A DNA stretch of 30,508 nt from Paecilomyces variotii. Taxonomy: Eukaryota. Location: the NCBI GenBank assembly GCA_004022145.1, contig RCNU01000022.1. One strand, given 5' to 3'. Under the pieces are notes generated by a model that ran no database searches, was not told where the DNA came from, and worked only from the letters and a program-made list of their open reading frames with translations. Shown piece by piece: positions 11,213 to 23,187 of the stretch; the first letter of the stretch is position 1; every line of letters starts with the position of its first letter. The translations under genes were made by a program, and so were the position numbers.

Positions 11213-12472
11213 ATGCCTCCTAAGCGCTTTAAGCGCGTTTTGTTTCTTCTGGGCTCTCCTAATAAGGCCCCTATGGCTAGCCCCAAGCTATTATAGCTGT
11301 CGACTAAAGATTACCTGCTCAATTATTAGCTTATAGATAATAAGTAGCTTAATAAGCTGTCTCCTCCCCCTATATCTCCGACTGCCGATGTGATATCAGA
11401 ACTAACAACTCCTTCTTTATAGATTACTCTATTTACCGCTATTAATAATAGTGATAGAGTGTCTCCGCCAGGGGTATCTGTAGAGGACCCCTTAGTAGAG
11501 GAGCACCTCCTATCTAAGATACGCAGGGATCGGTTTATATCCAGTGATATAATTCCTCTTATATATGAGGAGGTATAGGCTAGTCTATTGCATCCTCTTC
11601 GGAGATTGAAATGTAGTTATAATAATATTGCTCTTACTGTGCCCGCAGCAAAGGAAACTCCTGCTTAGCTAGCTAAAAAACTATAAAGGAGGTTAAAAAT
11701 AAAGGAGGTCCCTAGCACGGAGACTTAGGGAACTTAGGATACTATTATAACTTCTATTCCTGGAGTTAAAGCTACTATTAAGACGCCTCCTCCCCAGATT
11801 AATCCAGCTCTCACTGAGATAGTAATATTAACTACTGTTACTAATGCTGATACAGTAATAGATTGTCCTGCTGCCTTTAAGGCAGACCCTATTATAAATC
11901 CTTTTAGCCCAGAGAGTTTAACCAAAGACTTTCTTCCTGTCCCACAGGAGATGTATCTTTATTATTTAAAGGCCCTGGTGCAGGATTTAAAGCAATAATG
12001 TATCTATCCTTATATTAATACGAAGTATCTCTATTATAAGGGCTTTTATAAGCTATATATCCCTATACTGCTAGTGTATAAGGCCGAGTTAACTTATATT
12101 TAAAGTCTTAGCTAAGAGGCTTACCTCTTAAATAATTTAGAGTCTTTTAATAAGGCTGTAAATATATATATCTCTTCTATAGAGGCATATATGTAGAAAT
12201 CTATATCTAAGACTACTAAATACTAGCTCAGTGCTGCTGCTGTCTTACTAACCCTATTATATTTTAAATTGGAGTTATTGCATCTTCTCCAGGAGTTATA
12301 TTAAATAATCTGTTTATTAAACTATAATATCTTGCGTATAGCAAATATACTTACCCAGTTATAAGGACTGCCTCCGTTCTCTATTAAGGAGGAGGAAGAT
12401 ATTGTTAAGGGATTTTATAGTGATAAAGTAGCTAAATAGGATAATATTATAGGCCTATATTTAGAGCCTTAG
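11213..12472 (+). pseudogene. Antisense extra ORF inside the Gypsy element, about 410 codons, with a Zn2Cys6-like cluster
   Basis: ATG CCT CCT AAG CGC (MPPKR) at 11213; one frame with protein-like composition, broken only by TAG/TAA codons that are explicable as RIP of Gln/Trp/Arg codons. The end is approximate. Confidence 0.7.
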
Positions 12473-12599
12473 CTGGGGCTAGCTTAGTTGAATTAAATTA
12501 TTCCTATTAGGATTCCTTTCTTCTATATTCTCTTTAAAACTCCTAAACCTTATAAGAAAATTAGAGAAAGAGTAATACACATAGCAATATATTTAATAA

Positions 12600-15500
12600 T
12601 AGTTAAAAACCTAGTAGGAGAAAAGTACTATTACCTATCTGTCTTGCTTCGCTTTCTGCTTTATAGCTCTCTTTTACTTTGCCTTTATTTAGGCGGCTTA
12701 TCTGTATTAAGAGCTTTACTAGGGTTCTTATTGTAATACTCCTCTAAAGCTTTAGTCATATATATAAGATCTTCTAATATCTGCTATAAGTTCTTATATA
12801 AAGAATATCCTTTCTATTTCACTAGGAACTGTTTTTTTTTATAAAAAGTCTGTTTGCTAAGGATTTCTTCTACCTCTTATTCCTATTCTCCATTAATAAG
12901 AACTGGGTCTAGCTATTTAGGTTCTATTCCTTCTTATTAATTATAGGGCTCTAGCAGAGAGATATAAAACACCAGATATATCCTACCTAAGCTCTTTGGC
13001 AGTTATAATTAATATGCTTATTTTCTAATTATCTTAATTACTTTATAAGGTCTAGAAAATTAGTAGTCTAATTTCTTATTAGATTAATTAGTTTATAGAT
13101 TCTTTATCGATAGAAGAACTTAATCCCTAACTTTATATAATTTAGGCTTATGCTTTTTATTATAATACTTTACTTGCACCTTAATAGCATATTATAAGTG
13201 CTTCTCTAACTTTGCCCTAATATCTATTAATTCTTTAAGTTGTTCTTTAACAGCGGGAATATTTAATCTTATTCTTATATTGTATTTATCCCAGCTATTA
13301 AGATTAAATCTATAAAAGGCCTTAAATAGTAAGCATTTAGTAGTAGAATACTTTATATTATTATAGGTATACTCCGCTGCACCTAATAATAACGCCCAGT
13401 TATCTTAACAATAATTTATGTATATCTTTAGATAATACTCTAAGGTCTGATTTTAGCACTCTATCTGCCTATCTATCTGTAGATAAAAAGCAGTATTTAT
13501 TAATTAGGTAATTTGTATATACTAATAAAGCTTAGTCTAGTATTTATTAATAAATATTAATCCCTAATTTAAAACAATTAATATCGGGGGATTAAATTAG
13601 TAATATACCCTTTCTATAATTAGGTCAGCCAGGTCTTCTGCTATAATTGTTTCTTAGGTTAAGATATATAGAGCTATCTTAGAGTATCGGTCTATAACTA
13701 CTAAGATTATATTATACTTAACTCTTTATTAAGTTAATAATAGCAGGCTAATAATAAAATTTATTAATATATTTTACTATAGTCTTTCTGCTATAGGTAA
13801 TAAGCTTAACTGCCTATACAGCTTATGTTTAAGAATTTAATTCCTTTTACAGATATTACAGGTCTTTATATATTCTTATATATTATTCCACATACTTGGC
13901 CAGTAGAACTTTTGCCTAAGTAGCTTTTCTATAGTTTTAACTCCTTAATAGCTAGCATATAAATTATTATGATAAATTTATAGTAATTCTTGCTTCAGCA
14001 AATATTTATCTGGGATATAAATTTAATCTTATCTCTATAGCAGACCCTTACTATCTATAGTCTATTTAAAGCTTCTAGATTAATTAGTCTCTAAACTACT
14101 AATCTTCTCTATTATAAAGGTATCCCTCTGCTAGAGCTGTCTAAGCAATTCTAGAAGATTAGGCTTTAGAGAATCCTAGATTATTTCCCTATTAATAACC
14201 TTTAATACTAATAGTCTTAGCAGCAAGTGTTTGCGACTACCTGTGCTATTCTCTTTATTTAAAATATATAGTTTCAGTTTCTTTTATAGGGTAGGCAGCA
14301 GTCTAATCTCTTACTCCTCTTCTAAGAGTTTATAGTCTAGTCTCTAAGATAGTGTATTAGCTATATTTAAATAACCCGGCTTATATTTAATATAAAAGTT
14401 ATAGCCTGCCAGTAGTTTTGCCTATCTTATCTGCCTATTATTTAAAGTCTTTATTATAAAGAAGTAGCGCAGGTTTATATAGTCAGTCTATACCCGAGCA
14501 GAGTATTTATTATTATCTAAATAGTATCTCTAGTATTTAAAAGCTTTAACTATTACTAATAGTTCCTAGTCGTATATTTTATATTAATATTCAATTTCAG
14601 TAAATTTCCTTAAGAAGTATGTAACTAGATGCTACTGCCTTATTACCTTACTTATAATCTATAGTAGAATAGTAGCTAAAGCAAATCCTAAGGCATCTAT
14701 AGCTACTATAATCAGCTTCTCCAGATTATAATGCCGCAATACTAGCGGTTCAATAAATACAGTTTTTAAGTCTTTAAATACTTTCTGTGCTTTAAGTATC
14801 TATTCTAATAAGCCCATCTTTTTATTATACTTACTGCCCTTAAGCAAATCTATTAATAGCGTTGTAATAGAAGAGTAATTATAGATAAATCTTCTGAAAA
14901 AACTTGTAAATCCTAGAAAGACCTAAATATTATAAAAAGTCTTTAATATAGGCCAATTGCAAATTGTTTTAATTCTAAAGAAATCTATTTTAATTCTATC
15001 TTGTCCCACAATAAATCTAAGGAAGAAGACTTCCTCTTTATAGAATTTGCATTTGCTTAGCTTTATATATAAATTATGCTTATAAAGTCTCTCTAGCACT
15101 TTAGAGATATACTATTTATATTCTTTTTTATCTATTAAAAAGATCAGGATATTGTCTAAGTATATAATGCAGTATATATCTAACAGGCCCCTTAGCGCTG
15201 TATTAATATAGGCTTAAAATATAGCCGGAGCATTATATAATCTGAACGGTATAATAAGATATTTAAAATAGCCATATTAAGTTCTAAATGCCATCTTCTA
15301 TTTATCTCCCCTTTATATATATATTCTATAGTAGGCTTTTTGGAGGTTTAGTTTCATAAAGAATCTTACACCTACTAATTAATCTAGTATCTTATTTATC
15401 TATAGCAGTAGATAGCAATTCTTAATTATTTAGGTATTTAGTCCTTAATAATTAATACATAAGCGCAGTTTATTATCTTTTTTAAGGATAAAGATAATTA

Positions 15501-17442
15501 GTAATCTGGCTGGACTAGTTAAAGCCCAAATCTAACCTTATTATTATATGTCTTTTAGATACTTTTATAGTATATCTAGTTCTCTAGCAAAGTATAGGTA
15601 TAGAGGCCTCTATAGCAGTATCTCGCTGTTAATTAGCTCTATTATATAGGTCCTAATATCTTCTGGCAGGGGTAATATTTTAGCTCCCTCTTCTAAGAAG
15701 ATATCTTAGAATTATACATAGTATAGGGGAAATTAAATTTCTTCCTTATCTATTTTAATATATTCCCCTTATATATAATAAATCGGTTAATCTCGCGCTA
15801 TCTCTATAAATGCTTATAGGGTTTAAATCTTAACCTAGGGTAAAGCCTCCTGCTAATATCTCTAAGTCAGGCATCTCTAATCTATAATAGGATTATTGTA
15901 GTATAGCCATAATAATCCTAATATTATATTCTGGTTCTTCTTAATTATATTAAGTTCCTATATAGAAATAATTTGAAAGTTAATTTTATATTGTTTTATC
16001 TTCCCCTCTAAGTCCTTTACCTTAATAGTAACTGGGAAATAGCTATAGATTGGCATTGTTTAATCTCCTATTTATAAGGCACATCCGACTAGCTTTTAGG
16101 GGAACCCTTTATATCTATAGCATAGTAAAAAATCACAGTTAATAAAGTTAGTGTGTGCTTAGGAGTTAAGAAGTGCATTTGTTTTTATAGTATAATCTTT
16201 AATTAGTATATCTACTAAAATTATAAACTCTAGCTCTACGCCTTTAAGTTGCTGGAGCACCCTAAGCCTAACACCTTTATCTTTTAAAAATTCGGAGTCC
16301 TTTATAGTCTTTTTAGGACACTATTTACTAATATATCTGTTTTTCTTATAATTAAAGTATCGCCCTTCTTTTATTAACTATTCTCGCTCCTCTAAGATTT
16401 TAAACTTCCTTAGTTTGCATTCTGAATAGGTCTTTATAGAGGTTAACTAAAATAATTTATCCTTTTACTTATCCTTTATATATAAGTAGAATTAATCCTT
16501 CTCCCTCGCATAAAAATAAAATTATTCCTTCTTTTTATAGTCTTTCAATTGGGTTTTAATAGAGTTTTAAAGACTCTGTTTAACAACTATAGCTTCTGAA
16601 GCTAGTTATAATAGATCTGTCAAGATATATATATACTTAAACAACTAGTTCTATACATCTTCCCATAATATAGAGAAGAAAGTTTAGCTCTAGATATTAT
16701 CCTCTAGGGCTAATTTAGCTTTATAAAGCTTAAATTTATTGCGGAAGTCCTAAGCGGTCTGTTCTAGCTATTACTTTAGCCTCTAGAATTATATAGCGGA
16801 TATCTAGGGTCTAAATCTCAGGTCCTTAAGACAATCTAATAGCTACTGCTAAAATCCCTGCTAAGAAGTTATAGCTAAAGCAGGGGGTTTATAACTTTAA
16901 GCTATTCTATAATTATCCGAAAGCAAAGCAGCGACATAATTTATCTTACTTTCCTCAATTTAAAATGTAGATACATTATAGGTAAAGTATTACTCTATAT
17001 AGCGGCACTAATAATAGTAAGTATTTAGATCCTTAGCTCGGTATTAATAAGGTTCAGACAGTTTAGCGATAGATCTAGATTTAGGAGTTGCATTAATCTA
17101 TTTTATTAACTCTATAATTACAACTATACTTATCTTTTCTAATAATCCTTAAGTTGCATCTTATAGAGCTCCTATTGCTGTATTATTGACTTAACATAAT
17201 ACATCTAGCGAGATAATAGGTCCGGCACTAACAGTATTTAATTCTAGTTAAAGACTAGGGTCTATAATACTTCTTAGATTAGCTAGATTTCCTAGATCTA
17301 TAGCAGTTATTAATCCAGGCTAAGCGCCAGGCTCTGAACTATATTCAGGTTCGGATTCAAACCACACCAGTCTTAGGTTATTTATAGATTCTCTATGCTA
17401 ATCTTCAGCACTACTTCCTGATATCTCTTCTTTTTCTAATAT
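12600..17442 (-). pseudogene. Gypsy gag-pol in a single frame: Gag zinc knuckle, protease, RT, RNase H, integrase, chromodomain
   Basis: RYFNYKKNRYISK*CP = CCHC knuckle (~16315-16365); ALLNS*AHTNFI protease (~16141-16176); GDK*KMAFRT*YGYFKYLIIPFRLYNAPAIF* (~15215-15310); YLDN = YLDD (15151-15162); KKLDY*FSRPYKV = GPY/F (~13040-13078); E*EVEEILS..FLVK*KGY..NL* chromodomain (~12780-12885). The knuckle, protease, RT and chromodomain were checked to share one frame. Ends are approximate. Confidence 0.92.
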
Positions 17443-17465
17443 GCTGCTAGTCGAGCGATTCAAAC

Positions 17466-17822
17466 TATAAAGAGCTGGGGTAAAGAAGCTCTTTATTAGA
17501 GGTAACTAGTCGGACTAGTTAAATAGAATATAAAATAAGAGATAGAGATATAGGCGAGTAGCAGTCTACGCATAGTAGAGTTAAAAATCAGATTTAGTAG
17601 TAATCAGAATAAATTGCTAATCTATCTAACTTCTATTCCTTTAGGGATTATTTATCTATCTATCTGTTCTATTAGGTCATCTAGATAACCTAGTCTTAAC
17701 AGCTCTATCTATAACTAGCTAATCTAACTATTATATATAGCTCTAGTCATCTTGTTATCCTTTATTATCTATCCTAGGTCTTGGCAGGTCCGGATTAGGT
17801 ATCGTAGCCCTAGTTCATAACA
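17466..17822 (-). repeat. Gypsy 5' LTR
   Basis: Repeat of 10446-10802, followed by the TSD ATTAC. Confidence 0.95.
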
Positions 17823-20800
17823 ATTACTTAAAGAAGTATAAGAAATAATTAAAAATAAAGAAAGAAATCTCTTAAATAAATATTTAATAATTTTATTATT
17901 TAAGATAAGATAATAATAGAAATAATTAATAAAATTTATAAGAAGATTTAATCTTTAAAAAATAAAAGATTAAAAAATAAGAAATAAAGAGTATATAATA
18001 TAAAAGAAATCTTAGATATTAAAAAAAGCTAATCTTAATTAAAATTCTTAGCCTTAATTACTTTTAATAACTAAGTCTTATATAAAATTACTTATCTTTT
18101 AAAAGATATTACTAATAAAAATTTATTTTAATAATATATAGATAATAGTATTAGTTTATATATAATTAATAAAAACTATTATTTTAAAGAACTACTAATC
18201 TAGATTTAATAAAGGTATATTTATATAAATAAAGAGATCTTATATTTAGAATATATAGAGATAGTTATTTTAAAAGATAAAAATAAGAAGATATTAAACT
18301 TAGAAAATATATTACTTATATTAAACCTTAGGGTAAATCTTTTATTAACTAAAATATTTTACTAATAATTAAATATACGCAGATATTTTAATAAAAGAAT
18401 AATATCTATATTAAATAAGTTAGATAAGGTTATAATTTAAAATACTATTAAATATAGAATTTATATTATTAAGAGAGTTTTTTTAAACTAAATACTTAAA
18501 TTATAATATATACCTATTATATTACTCTTTATTAAAGATACTCTTAATACTATAATTATAGACTAAGAAAAAGAATTTTATTAAAATAAAATTAAGAAGA
18601 AGTATTAACTATAGTATAAAAGAATTAACTATTTTAAACTTAAAAAGGTTAGAAACTTATATAATTTAACTATATTAAAGAAGCCTATTAAAATAATAAT
18701 AGACTATTAATATATAATATATACTATAGCTAATATTAGAAATAAAAAAGAGACTATTAATATATAAAAGGCTAATATTCTTAAATTTATCTATATAAAT
18801 ATATATAGTTAAATATTAAAATCTAAAAATAAATATATTTACTTTTTAATAGTTATAGATAATTTTTTAAGAAAAATATAAGTATTTCTAATAAAAGCTA
18901 AATCTAATACTGCCCCTATCTTAAATAAATAAAAAAAGAGATTAAGATAATAATAGGTCTTTAAATTCTTAGTATATAATTAAATAATATATTAGAATTT
19001 AAAAATCTTTTTAAGACTTAAAGGAAATAGTTTAATATCTATTATAAACTAATAATTCTATATATATTAATATAAAATAGAGCTATAAAATAAATATATT
19101 AAACTATTAAAAAAGGAATAAGAGTTATATTTAAAAATTTAAACCTTTTAGTTAAATTATAGATAGAGATAGCTTAAACTAATATATATATTAAAAATAA
19201 AATATTAAATAGACTAATAATTAATAGGGTTTAAATATCTTTAGAAAAAGCTTTTACTAGAGTTAAGCTATTAATTAATTACTTAAAAGTATAGAGATAT
19301 TAAGCGGTATTATATATAAACTTAAAATCTTTACTATAAGGTATATAAAGAGATAAATTAATAAATTAAGGCAGAATCTATATTTTTATAAAATATATTA
19401 AGGGAATAAATAAATAATAGAAAGTTTAAGCTCTAGATATAAAAAAGACTATTAAAACCTATTAAGCTAAGTTCTTTAAAAATAAATTAAAAAAAGATTT
19501 AAATCTTAAGATTCTTAGAAGATTATTATTAAATATAATATTAATAAAGAATTTAAAAGGTTAACTAATAACTTAGCCTATTATCTTAAATATATATATA
19601 CCTTTAAATAAAAAGAAGAATAATATAAATAATTAAGAAAAGAATTATAAAGAAGTTCTAATTTTTCCTTAAAAAGAAAAAAAATATTTTATTAAAAGAA
19701 AATTAAAATATTTTTTTAAAAAGAAAAAGAAACTTTTTATTATAATAAAATTATAGAATAAGAGAAAATATTTAATTATTCTTATTTTAATAATTTAAAT
19801 AATTATAAAAACTTATAAATAAACTTCTTATTTTTATTAAGTAAATAAGTTATATCTTATATAAAGATTCTCTATATAATAAAATATAAGAGAAAGGAGA
19901 TTAAGTTATTAAATAATAAATAAGATATTAAGAAGTTATATTAAGTAATACTTATACTAAATCTTCTATCTTTAAGTATTAATATAGATTAAGAGAATAT
20001 ATAAAATAAGTATTAAATACTATAATAGCAGTATATATAATAAAAAATATATTTTAATTTTAAACTTATATTATACTATAATTAATAACTCTATTTAAAG
20101 TAAACTATAGTAAAATATATTTAAAGCTAAAATAAATATACTTTAAATAAATAGAATTTTTAAAGTAGTTATACTATTATTAAGAGCTAATATTATAATT
20201 AATTATTAAATATTAGCTATAAAATATAATTTAAATAGTTCTCTTTAGAAGCTTAAGATATATCTTATTATTTAAGAGTTTATTTAGAAATATAATATTA
20301 ATTTTAAATATATCTTTACTTCTATCTTATAATATAATATAATATAAATATTTTTAGCTATTATTATAATAGAGAATTATAAGTATTATATTATAAATAT
20401 TAATAATATCTTTATAAAATTAATATTAAAGAAAGAAATCTATATAATACTTTTACGAAAAATAAATATATTATTAAAAATAATATTAAAAGTTTTTTAA
20501 TCTTTATATAGTTTAAAATAAGCTATAAAAGATTAGAATTAAACCTATATAAAAATACTCTAGAAAATAAGTTTTATATAAACCAATATTAATCTATATT
20601 TATTATAATACTTAAAGAAAGAAATCTTATTCTTAATATATATTAATAATATTTTAATTAATATAAAATAAATAGAGAGTATTTATTAGTTTAAATAAGA
20701 GTTTAAATTAATATATAAAATAAAGAACTTAAGAGAAATAAAGAAAATTCTTAATATTTAAGTTATTTAAAATAAGTAAGACTAAATATTAATAATAGAC

Positions 20801-21676
20801 TAATCTTATTATATTAAAGAACTCTTATTATAATATAAAATAAGTAAAAAAAAGATATATTTAATTAATATCTTATTAAATAAATATAATTCTCTAAAAT
20901 TATTTAGCCTTTAAAATAAAAAAATAAATTAAAGAGAGTATTAAAAAATTATTAATAGCTTAATTTATTTAATAATTTTAATAAGACTAAATATTATATT
21001 TATAATAAGCAGATTAAGTTAATATCTATTAAATCTATTTAAAAGATATTTTAAAATATTAAAGTCTCTTATAAAATATCTATAATTAATTATATACTTT
21101 AGTCTTAAATTTAATATAAACTAAGACTAGTAATTTATTAAATATTTAAACTTAAATTATATAATAGATAAAACTAATTAAATATTAATTTTAAGGAATA
21201 TTTTTATTTTAGTTAATAGCCTAATAAGCTAATTAAATAAAAAATAAAAATTTATTATAACTTTAACTATAAAGGCTAAATATATAATTATATATTAAAC
21301 TATAAAATAGTCTTAATAATTAGCCCTTTTTTTAAAAAATATAAGATATAGATATTATATTAGTTTAAATAAATTTAAATTAATAATAAGAGAAGAATAA
21401 GCTTTTATTATTAATTCTTTAGTTAAAGTCTATAAAAATAACTAAATATTACTATTATTAATTAGAGATATTTATATTTATAAGAGATTAAAATATATTA
21501 GTATTATATATTACTATATATATAACTTATATTAAAAAATAGGATTAATATTAAATTTATTAGAATATAGAATATAATAGTAAATAGTTTTATTAAACTA
21601 TTACTAAAGGTAAACTTCTTAAAATTTTTAAATTAACTAGAATTAATTAACTTAATAAGTTTAAACTAAGAAGAAA

Positions 21677-21952
21677 TATTATAAAATAGTAATTAAGACT
21701 AGTAAGTTTTAATATAATAAAGATTTTACTTTAAAAAAAATCTTTAGAGATAATTTTACTTTAATAAAATTAAATAGCTTAAAGAAATTATTTCTTAAGT
21801 TTTATATAAAATTTATTATTTTAATTAAAAAAATATAGATATATACTTTATATTTATTATATGCGCTAATACTCTTTTTCCTTAAATATTATTAGCCCTT
21901 TAAGCTATTAGATTAATCTAGAGAATTTTATTTAAACTTATTCTTTTTAACT
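21677..21952 (+). repeat. Copia 3' LTR (copy 1)
   Basis: Repeat of 9282-9556 with one extra A, preceded by a purine tract. Confidence 0.85.
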
Positions 21953-23187
21953 TAAAGAATATTTTATTATCTTTTATATCTATAGTATAAGCTAATATAC
22001 CTTTTTCTCTAAGTATAATATTAGCCTCTTTAAGCTATTAAATTAGTTTAAGAAATTTTAATTAAGAACTTATTCTTTTTAAGTTAATTAATTAAAATAT
22101 TTTAAACTAAGCTATAAGTAGCTTTTATAGAGTAATAAAGATATTAGCTAATAATTTTATTTTCTTATTTTAATAATAAGAATATTTAATAAAGAGTATT
22201 ATTAAGAGAGAAAATAATATAAAAACTAATTAATTTATTAAGCTATAGCTATTTTAAGATATTATTATTATATATAATATAAATAAAAGCCTTTTTTAAT
22301 TCTTAAAGAAATATTTTAATATTCTTAAATTAAAAATATTATATACTTAAATATCTTATAAATATCTTTAATATCTTCTTAAACTTCTTTAAGATATAAT
22401 TAAGACTATTATATATAAGAACTATTATAAAATAATAATTAGAACTAGTAAATTCTAGTATAATAAAGATTTTATTTTAAGAAAATCTTTAAGAATAATT
22501 TTATTTTAATAAAATTAAGCAGCTTAGAGAAATTATTTCTTAAGCTTTATATAAAATCTATTACCTTAACTAAGAATATATAGATATATATTTTATATCT
22601 ATTATATATGCTAATACTTTTTCTTTTTAAATATTATTAACTCTTTAAGTTATTAAATTAATCTAGAGAATTTTATTTAAACCTATTCTTTTTAATTAAT
22701 TATAAAATTAGATCGGGATATAGCTCGGCCCAGCCGGGGCTAAGCTCAGCCTACCTGAAAAGCTCAGCCCACCCAAGAAAAATCTAGGTTCAGCTCAGAC
22801 ACTAAGTTAGTTTTAGTATAGTATTTAGGTGGGCTTAGTATATATACAGCTTATATAATTTATAATAAAGTTTTTATATTATATTGCAGTAAACTATATT
22901 TATTAAGAACTATATATAGCATATGCTCTGTACTATATTGTAATATATGCTAAGTATAGGTTAGAGCAACGCTAAGATATATATAGGGAGCTAGAACTGA
23001 TGTTATTCTGCGCAGTTTATTAAGGTGGTATATATAAAGGCGGTTGTTGAGTATATGCTGAAGCGATATTAGAATCTTATTATATAGAAGTTTATATTGT
23101 TTATATTATTTTTAACCTCCCTAATAATGCCTTTACCCTGCTTTTATAGTACTATAGTCTACTCTTTTATATTATTACTATATAATT

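Larger units (their letters stand above)
10446..17822 (-). mobile_element. Full-length RIP-inactivated Ty3/Gypsy chromovirus, 7377 bp, nested in the Copia gag region
   Basis: 357-bp LTRs 10446-10802 (TG..CA) and 17466-17822; perfect 5-bp TSD ATTAC at 10441-10445 and 17823-17827; polypurine tract (minus strand AGGGGGGATAC) at 10803-10813. Confidence 0.95.
9282..21952 (+). mobile_element. Full-length RIP-inactivated Ty1/Copia element (about 5.3 kb without the Gypsy insert)
   Basis: LTRs 9282-9556 and 21677-21952; purine tract aagaagaaa before the 3' LTR; PBS-like aattataagctt at 9557. De-RIP motifs in Copia order: protease YIDNSISLYI (~18135), integrase IYINIYS = IHTDICG (~18790), RT KLKIYLII*EFI* = KLKARLVARGFTQ (~20250), SLYSLK*A (~20501), YINN = YVDD (20641-20652). 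TSD not cleanly resolved. Confidence 0.85.

Noticed and set aside
11734-11925. Minus-strand 63-aa hydrophobic ORF as an env-like gene
   Set aside because: It is the codon-aligned antisense of the longer plus-strand relic and has no independent support.
16156-16170. Novel protease active site (LNS*A instead of LDSGA)
   Set aside because: TAA cannot come from a Gly codon by transitions alone, but one degraded copy cannot separate a family variant from a random mutation.
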